Below, piece after piece: positions 11,137-17,368 of a stretch of 17,368 nt of DNA. Every line of letters starts with the position of its first letter. Position 1 is the stretch's first letter. The translations under genes were made by a program, and so were the position numbers. The notes beneath the pieces were generated by a model. The model was not told the origin of the DNA. It worked only from the letters and a program-made list of their open reading frames with translations, and did not search any database. Origin of the DNA: Ginkgo biloba (taxonomy: Eukaryota; Plantae; Ginkgophyta); the NCBI GenBank assembly GCA_024626585.2, contig JANKJI020000004.1:162132480-162149847 (forward strand), read 5' to 3'.

Positions 11137-11252
11137 GTATTTTTGTGTAAGTGAAATCTGTTGATTCTGGGATACACAAGCCTAAGGGGGGGGGGGGAGT
11201 CCTGTTTTCAATATAGAAGAGATGCCAAAATTGACTGAACATTTCTTTTCAG
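11137..11252 (+). other. Short GT-AG phase-0 intron (116 bp)
   Basis: GTATTT...TTTCTTTTCAG termini, branch-point-like TGACTGAAC upstream of the pyrimidine tract, and a G12 run at 11186-11197. Confidence 0.92.
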
Positions 11253-11404
11253 GTGGATGGAATGGTAGCAGAGTTTACAGATTTAAATCGAGGAATGGAA
11301 AAAACAGGCACTTTTACAATGAAGCAAAAGAAACTCTTTCAACTTGTTGGGAAGGCAAATTCTAATCTTGCTGATGTGATTCTTAAACTTGGTCTTTTTG
11401 AAAG
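11253..11404 (+). CDS. Internal coding exon of the DUF155 / RRG-like gene
   Basis: Bounded by tttcttttcag|GTG and GAA AG|gtaaac. Encodes VDGMVAEFTDLNRGMEKTGTFTMKQKKLFQLVGKANSNLADVILKLGLFE(R), in frame with the previous exon and ending in phase 2. Confidence 0.95.
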
Positions 11405-12165
11405 GTAAACATTTTCAGCTAGAATTTTGTGCAACCACTTCCACACGGATCTTGTGCAGAATGTGTTGAATATGCAATCAATACATAATTTACATGTGTG
11501 AAATCAGGATTAGATTAATGAGCACTCAGGGTATTGGTTGTAAAGGAATGCGACCAAGAAAGATAAATGAATTCTTCTTCCTTCACTTTTATTTTATGTA
11601 TCTGGTCGCTATTACCCTTGCGTGTTCATCACTGGATTGGGTCTAATAGGAAATAAATTGCAATCAGGCTACTATTATTTGATAATAACCAGCACACTTG
11701 CACAAGCCATTACAACTATGTTAGAAGCTNNNNNNNNNNNNNNNNNNNNNNNNNNNNNNNNNNACTTACAGTTCCTTTTCACCTTGTGTTTGTATCCCTT
11801 GATTACCCATCCAAGGTTTTGTATTTACCGTGTTGCAGTAACTCATTCTAGCATCACCACCTCAAATTCTGGAATCAAGTTTATCTGATATCCCATATTG
11901 AAGATGGAAGTTACCATTCAGATCTGGATGTCAAAACAAACACTCTCTCTTTCTCTCTCTGATTGTGACATAATTGCTCGTAACACTAACGTAGTACTGG
12001 GCCTATTATCACATGGAGTTAAATCTTGCAAGCTTTTTTCGTCCTGTTGTTTTTGCTTATGTGCCTGCAAGTTTTTAGGTCTTGATTCTGGATGCTGAAG
12101 GGAGAATTTTCATCCAAATGTCCTTGTACTTCAAATCTTTTCTCATTGTCTACCTTTCATTTGAA

Positions 12166-12698
12166 AATGAGTTGGGGCCTTCAACTATTTTTTTTGCATT
12201 GAAAACTAGCTTTGTATTATATTCACAATAAACAACCATTGTGGATGACATAGTCATTGATAACCTGTTCTTAAACAAGTGGCCTGTCGAGCCCTAGATT
12301 CATCTCGACAATTGTATTGACTGCACATGCCTGCCACTTGAGAGACATCGATAATTACAATTTGGGGTCGCTTTAGACAATAAGCATTAGCTATACATAG
12401 AAAACATAATAGAAATACTTTGTGCATTGGCTTTACAAAATGTCTGCATAGTTCTCCAGACCAATGTTGAAAATAACAAAGTCGGCTGTATGCAGCCACT
12501 TGGTCACTTCTTGGGTTTTGGTGCCTTGCCATAATGAGTGCTTGGCCTCAGGTATCACTCGAAGTCGGTTGTTGGGCTTGTTGTTCCCATCGTCCATTGT
12601 CTATTGGCACTGTGTTTTCCATGGTCCGGGTCGGAGTGCATGGTTCTCCTCCTCTTCATAAATCACCTGCAGATGATAATGAGTTGGGGCCTTCAACT
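12166..12698 (-). mobile_element. 5'-truncated retroposed insertion (12187-12677), probably a LINE 3' end, with 21-bp TSD
   Basis: Exact repeat aatgagttggggccttcaact at 12166-12186 and 12678-12698. T8 at 12188-12195 is a minus-strand poly(A). An ORF remnant at 12675-12433 has one internal stop and is followed by about 240 bp of UTR-like sequence. Confidence 0.85.
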
Positions 12699-13164
12699 GA
12701 GTCTATACTTCAGGTTCCTGCTGGTAGTTGGGTGTAGAGCACCCCTGGAAACTTTAAAACAAGTTTATCCTTAGCTTTGTCAATGTTCAAATTCATTGAC
12801 ATCATGTGAAAGGCGTCAATATTCTCTTGTAATATTTGGCCTTTTAGCTGCTTCAAATGTAGATAGTTGGTGGATAGGTCCTTCATTTATGTACAAGGGA
12901 TAAGGGAACTTTATAAATAGGGTTTTAAGTGCTCCCGTAATTAACTCAAGGAAAACTTTTGGGGCAATTTTCATGAATTAGCTATATGTAGGCGAATTTC
13001 CAAAAGTATATTCATAAATAAAATGAATTAATTTTTTGCCAAATTGCTTTTACATATAAATTTAAATCTTACCATGTTTGCCAGAAATTTCATAAAAATG
13101 ATACTACAATATAGTTTTGGTAGTAGATTATTCATGTTATTAGAATGATTATGTAATTAGGACT

Positions 13165-14200
13165 TGTGGGAAAAAGTTGTCAGGACTTGTCCTACCTTCT
13201 CTTGTTTAGGACTGCTTTGAGAATAATGAGGGGATTAGTGGGATGGTTAGGTGGCTGTGTCTCCTACATAACTGTCCGCTCCCCTTGATTAGGAGATGCC
13301 TTCTTGTACAGGACCCCCTCTTTCATTTTGATGTATCGTCACTCTAGGTACGCTCGGGCTATACACTGTACAATGGTCACTATGATGTCATATTTTCCTT
13401 TCATATACAATACATGAGTACTACTTCTAGTGTATCTCGTCTGATTATGCAATGTATGTCTCTCTTCTTAGATTATACTTAACCTATAATTTGGAAATGT
13501 GGGGAAGTATTTGACTAAAATTTGGCGCAATTGCTGGTTTAGGATAACAAGAACTTGTCCGATTCCTTATTGTAATGTGTGGATTCTTGATAGATTTTTT
13601 TAGAATCTGATGTGTAGGTTTTATTTACAAATTTATTGTTAGCAAGATTCTTGTGAGAAGGAAAATTAGTCAAATAAAGATAAATCTGTACAGTAACAAA
13701 CAATGGTGGCGCCAAATGATGTGGCAGCCATGAATGATGACGTGGACTGACCTTCACGACGTGACATGACATGAACTTAACAAAATGACATGACCTCGAG
13801 GACATGGCAAAAGACTTGACGGCATGGCAAAAGTCTTGACAATGTGGCATTGATGATGCAATGGTTGAAGGAGAAGACTGACATTGTTCAACACAAGGAA
13901 ACCTAAGCAAGTCAATTCATCGCCATCTTGGGTCTGCAAGAAAACTTGGACCATTTAGCTTGCAGGATGCATAACATTCAGGCATGGGTCAAAGAAGAAA
14001 TTGCTGAAGCCCAAACTTGGATCCCCAAACCCGATTCTTTGGTGCAGGATAAGGCAACATTCTGTTGCACTAAGATGGATGCAATCGAGGAATGAAATTA
14101 GGCAGAGCTAGCAGAATGGTAGGAACTTGAGGCACAGATTCACTCAGTGGCACTAGAGTTAGTCAAAACAGTCCAAGGGCAGGTCCAACCATTGACATAG
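13165..14200 (+). mobile_element. Athila/Tat-like LTR retrotransposon remnant (LTR about 13165-13520, PBS, leader); boundaries approximate
   Basis: TGGCGCAATTGCTGG at 13523-13537 matches the tRNA-Asp-type PBS TGGCGCCGTTGCCGG at 12/15. A TG start (tgtgggaaaaag) lies upstream. Downstream are tgacatg-rich leader repeats and a 20-bp tandem pair at 13801-13840. Confidence 0.5.
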
Positions 14201-14847
14201 TCAATGGACTTCTTCTTCTTCTCCTTTACCTTTTTTTTTTATATACTTCCAAATTCTGTTGACAGAATTGTAATTTGTGGAAGAAACTGAAACATTTTGA
14301 ATTTGTACTTGATTTTCTAGCTCTTTTTGGGTTCAATTGTATTTTGGAAGTCCTCCAATTTTGTTGTCTTGGGACAACAAAAATGGATAAGTGTGGAAGA
14401 GATGTTGTCATAAGTCTTAGGACTGATGTTGAGAAGCATTGAGTAGCTTGACAACAGAGATAATTATTTGATAGTTGATTTGGTTATGGCAAAGTGTCGA
14501 CATGTTTTAGGCATAACTGTATCCTGCTATTTATATATATGCTTCTGAGATATTAACGAGGGAGACTTTGGGACTTTTTTGAGTGTTCACCTTGAATATA
14601 TCCTTGTGTCGAGTGTGTTCATAAAGTATGCATCGTGGGTGAGCGTATTGGACTTTGGGTTTCAATGTTATAGGCCGATGTATCCATTAGGTTCATGCAC
14701 TGGATTGCACAAGTATCGGCCTCTAACTTAGGAGATGGATTGAACAGATAGTGGTAATAACTGTCAACCCAACCTGAGTTAGATGAAGCTAACATTGCGA
14801 ATTATGACTAGGGTTACAAAAAGGGAACTTGTCATTTTGGGGGGTTG

Positions 14848-15006
14848 GGGCTGTTTGAAATTTCATGTGTTGGGGTATGAACTTGCCCCACTCCTCATCT
14901 CGGCTATGATCCCATTATCCTTTGGAGGGCTGTTTGAAATTTCATGTGTTGGGGAATGAACTTGCCCCCACTCCTCATCTTGGCCATGATCCCACTATCC
15001 TTTGGA
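14848..15006. repeat. 79/80-bp tandem duplication
   Basis: 14848-14926 and 14927-15006 differ by 4 substitutions and 1 indel. Confidence 0.95.
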
Positions 15007-15299
15007 GGAACTTTGTTAACAGTGTAGGGAGTTGTTGCCCAATGGTTATGAGCTTCATCAGGTGAATGAGCTACATCTGCATCTTTGTTGACTAAACTTG
15101 GATCTGCATGGTACAATTTGACAAAATGATAAAGCAAATATGATAAATATCTGTTGGTNNNNNNNNNNNNNNNNNNNNNNNNNNNNNNNNNNNNNNNNNA
15201 AAATATGAAACATGATCTTAAATCTGATGATATGTCAGGCCTGCTTGAAGGTCACAGACTACGGGCCAAGGCACCCTAAGAGAGGAGATTCCCAGTGAA

Positions 15300-17368
15300 C
15301 TTGTACATTGTGACTAGGAGGGAAAAAACATTCCCCCATTTCCATAGTTTCTTGGCCCAAGAGCACCACCAGAACGAATGAAATATGATTTCCTCTTTCC
15401 TATGCTTAGTGTCAAGCCCATGGTGAACAATAGGTACAAGCAAAAAGCCTTCTTGAGTGCATGGGGAGCTAGCTACAACCTTTCAAGCCTCCTATATGTC
15501 AGCTTTAAGCTTTGTTCTTGATGCCTCAGTAGGCATGGGGGATACATCCTTCCTATGATTGAAGAGGGAGAATGTATGCTTTACAACGTTGCTCTTACAA
15601 TTCTAACACACAGATAAAGAAAATCATAGATTCCATTTATCTATACTACCAAAATNNNNNNNNNNNNNNNNNNNNNNNNNNNNNNNNNNNNNNNNNNNNN
15701 NNNNNNNNNNNNNNNNNNNNNNNNNNNNNNNNNNNNNNNNNNNNNNNNNNNNNNNNNNNNNNNNNNNNNNNNNNNNNNNNNNNNNNNNNNNNNNNNNNNN
15801 NNNNNNNNNNNNNNNNNNNNNNNNNNNNNNNNNNNNNNNNNNNNNNNNNNNNNNNNNNNNNNNNNNNNNNNNNNNNNNNNNNNNNNNNNNNNNNNNNNNN
15901 NNNNCCTTAGTAGCAAGCCCATGGTGAATAACAAACACAAGCCAAAATGACTTCATGGGCTCAAGTGGAGAAAGCCACAACTGCTGTGCTAGATATAAGC
16001 TTTGTTGTTGATGCCTTAGCGGATACATCCATTTCATGGTTTGAGGATTGAGAATGTATTTTCTACAATGTTGTTTTTATAATTTTAAAGCAATAATAAA
16101 CTAATAATTTATTCCATGCACTTGCACTGAGAACTTAAAAAATTAATAGCCATAGAAAACATAGTACACTAACTCCTTGCAAATGTGAACACACATGATT
16201 CAAAAGAATGAACATATTTGGAGTCTTCAATTGTCCACTTGCATTATCAACCTTTAGACATTTACAGAAGCAAGCCACAATAGCTTTGATTCTCACCTTC
16301 CTTCCCAGGTTGGGGAGCATACATTAAAATATAGATTCCACCAAAATCAAGTCTTTGCAGTTGAGAATTTCTTAAATTTAGTTGTCGTTCTGAACCTAGT
16401 CTATGAACTGAGCTTTTATTGGACTGTTGCAATTATTTTAGTAAGGTTGTCAGGTACTATCCCTTTTGCTATATTCTTGCATTAAGTGGTAAACATTGGT
16501 AAGCCCTTTTTGTCAATCCATCAGATCTGCCTCCGATTTATCCACAAGGTGCAACAGCACCATCTGTACTTTATGTCCCAAATTGCCAATTATTTTCTCT
16601 TGAACCAAGGGATTTTCCCAAGATAAAATTCATATTGCTTCTGCAAAAATTATCATCATATATGTACTATTCAGCAGTGGATGTTATGAACCTATTTTGA
16701 CATAACTCGGGTTCAGTTAATTATAATTCGGGTTCAGTTAATTATTGAAGGTACAGTTAACAACATACAATAACCGTAATTACTTAAGTGATTTCTAGTT
16801 TAATTAAAATAGGTTCATAACAGTGGACTATGTGTATTGGTTATTCTTCAAACCTTGTCATCCCACCAATCTGCCTTGGATTTACCTAGAGGTGTTCCAA
16901 CATAATGGGACATTTACATGCTGATTATTTTCTCTTAAAACCAAAGGGATTGCCTGAGACAGAATTTCTCTTGGTTTGAACCATTTGGGTAGTATCTTGT
17001 CCCACTCTTGCAATATGCTTTTGTGTACGATGGTACTAAGACTTCTTGCAGTATGTGGCGAATGTGCTGTAAGGTCTTTTTTCCATTGTGGGTGGAATCA
17101 CCCAAGGATCGCTTAGAGCAATATTCATGTGGCACCAGGAGTGTGGTAGGGGGCTTGTTTTTCCAGCGTTTCATTCCCCAACTGCATTCCTCTCTCAATA
17201 TTCTTTTGGACAAGCACCTTCCATTCCTTTATTTAAGTGGTGTCTAAAGGGGTGTAAATTCACTGTACGCTGATCACTTTAGTCTGAAGCATGATATCTT
17301 TGATTTCAGAATCATCTAAGGTAAGCCTGGTAGTAGGGGGAAGGTTTTGCAGGGATTGTCCTGGGTAT
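15300..17368 (-). mobile_element. Degenerate L1-clade LINE ORF2 3' region (post-RT segment and zf-RVT-like motifs), antisense to the host gene
   Basis: Minus strand reads IKDIMLQTKVISVQ*I...EWKVLVQKNIERG (about 17190-17305), QQLWLSPLEPMKSFWLVFVIHHGLATK (about 15906-15990) and IVHHGLDTKHRKEEIIFHSFWWCSWAKKLWKW (15336-15431). The last matches the E...H.FW.C..A..W pattern of zf-RVT. Confidence 0.7.
16682..16822. mobile_element. 141-bp TG...CA element (miniature solo-LTR or MITE-like) with 17-bp TIRs and 5-bp TSD
   Basis: TIRs tgttatgaacctatttt (16682-16698) and aaaataggttcataaca (16806-16822). GTGGA is duplicated at 16677-16681 and 16823-16827. Internal 21-bp tandem repeat at 16702-16743. Confidence 0.9.

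Larger units (their letters stand above)
2081..15904. other. Ten N-runs (assembly gaps or hard-masking)
   Basis: Four are exactly 100 N: 2081-2180, 4150-4249, 6351-6450, 8271-8370. The others are near 3588, 3845, 10006, 11730, 15159 and 15656-15904. Confidence 0.95.
11405..17368 (+). other. Long phase-2 intron running past the window end
   Basis: Starts GTAAAC. The expected next exon (S[DE]IAW... in RRG/RRL) was not found in the readable sequence. Confidence 0.75.

Noticed and set aside
15572-16037. ORFs spanning N-runs
   Set aside because: They are open only because of the Ns. Only the LINE-like part of 15906-16037 is meaningful.

Overview
Eukaryotic plant genomic DNA: AT-rich, rich in decayed transposable elements (TEs), and broken by ten N-runs. 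The very long TE-filled introns suggest a large-genome seed plant, probably a gymnosperm (inference). The window lies inside one + strand gene of the DUF155 / RMND1-Sif2-RMD1 family, similar to Arabidopsis RETARDED ROOT GROWTH (RRG/RRL). Three internal coding exons (1098-1260, 10988-11136, 11253-11404) splice in frame, and the ORF track catches only the second. The introns contain an old Ty3/gypsy element with strongly diverged LTRs, a tRNA-iMet PBS, a decayed protease and a doubled PPT module. They also contain a minus-strand gag zinc-knuckle remnant, an Athila-like LTR with PBS, and antisense LINE ORF2 fragments. Two insertions are well defined: a 491-bp poly(A)-tailed retroposon with a perfect 21-bp TSD, and a 141-bp TG...CA element with 17-bp TIRs and a 5-bp TSD. 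A related 55-bp palindrome lies 12.7 kb away. I found no convincing new multi-gene system. The most unusual items are the miniature TG...CA elements and possible splice-site alternatives in the host gene. Family assignments come from motif recognition by eye, not database searches.
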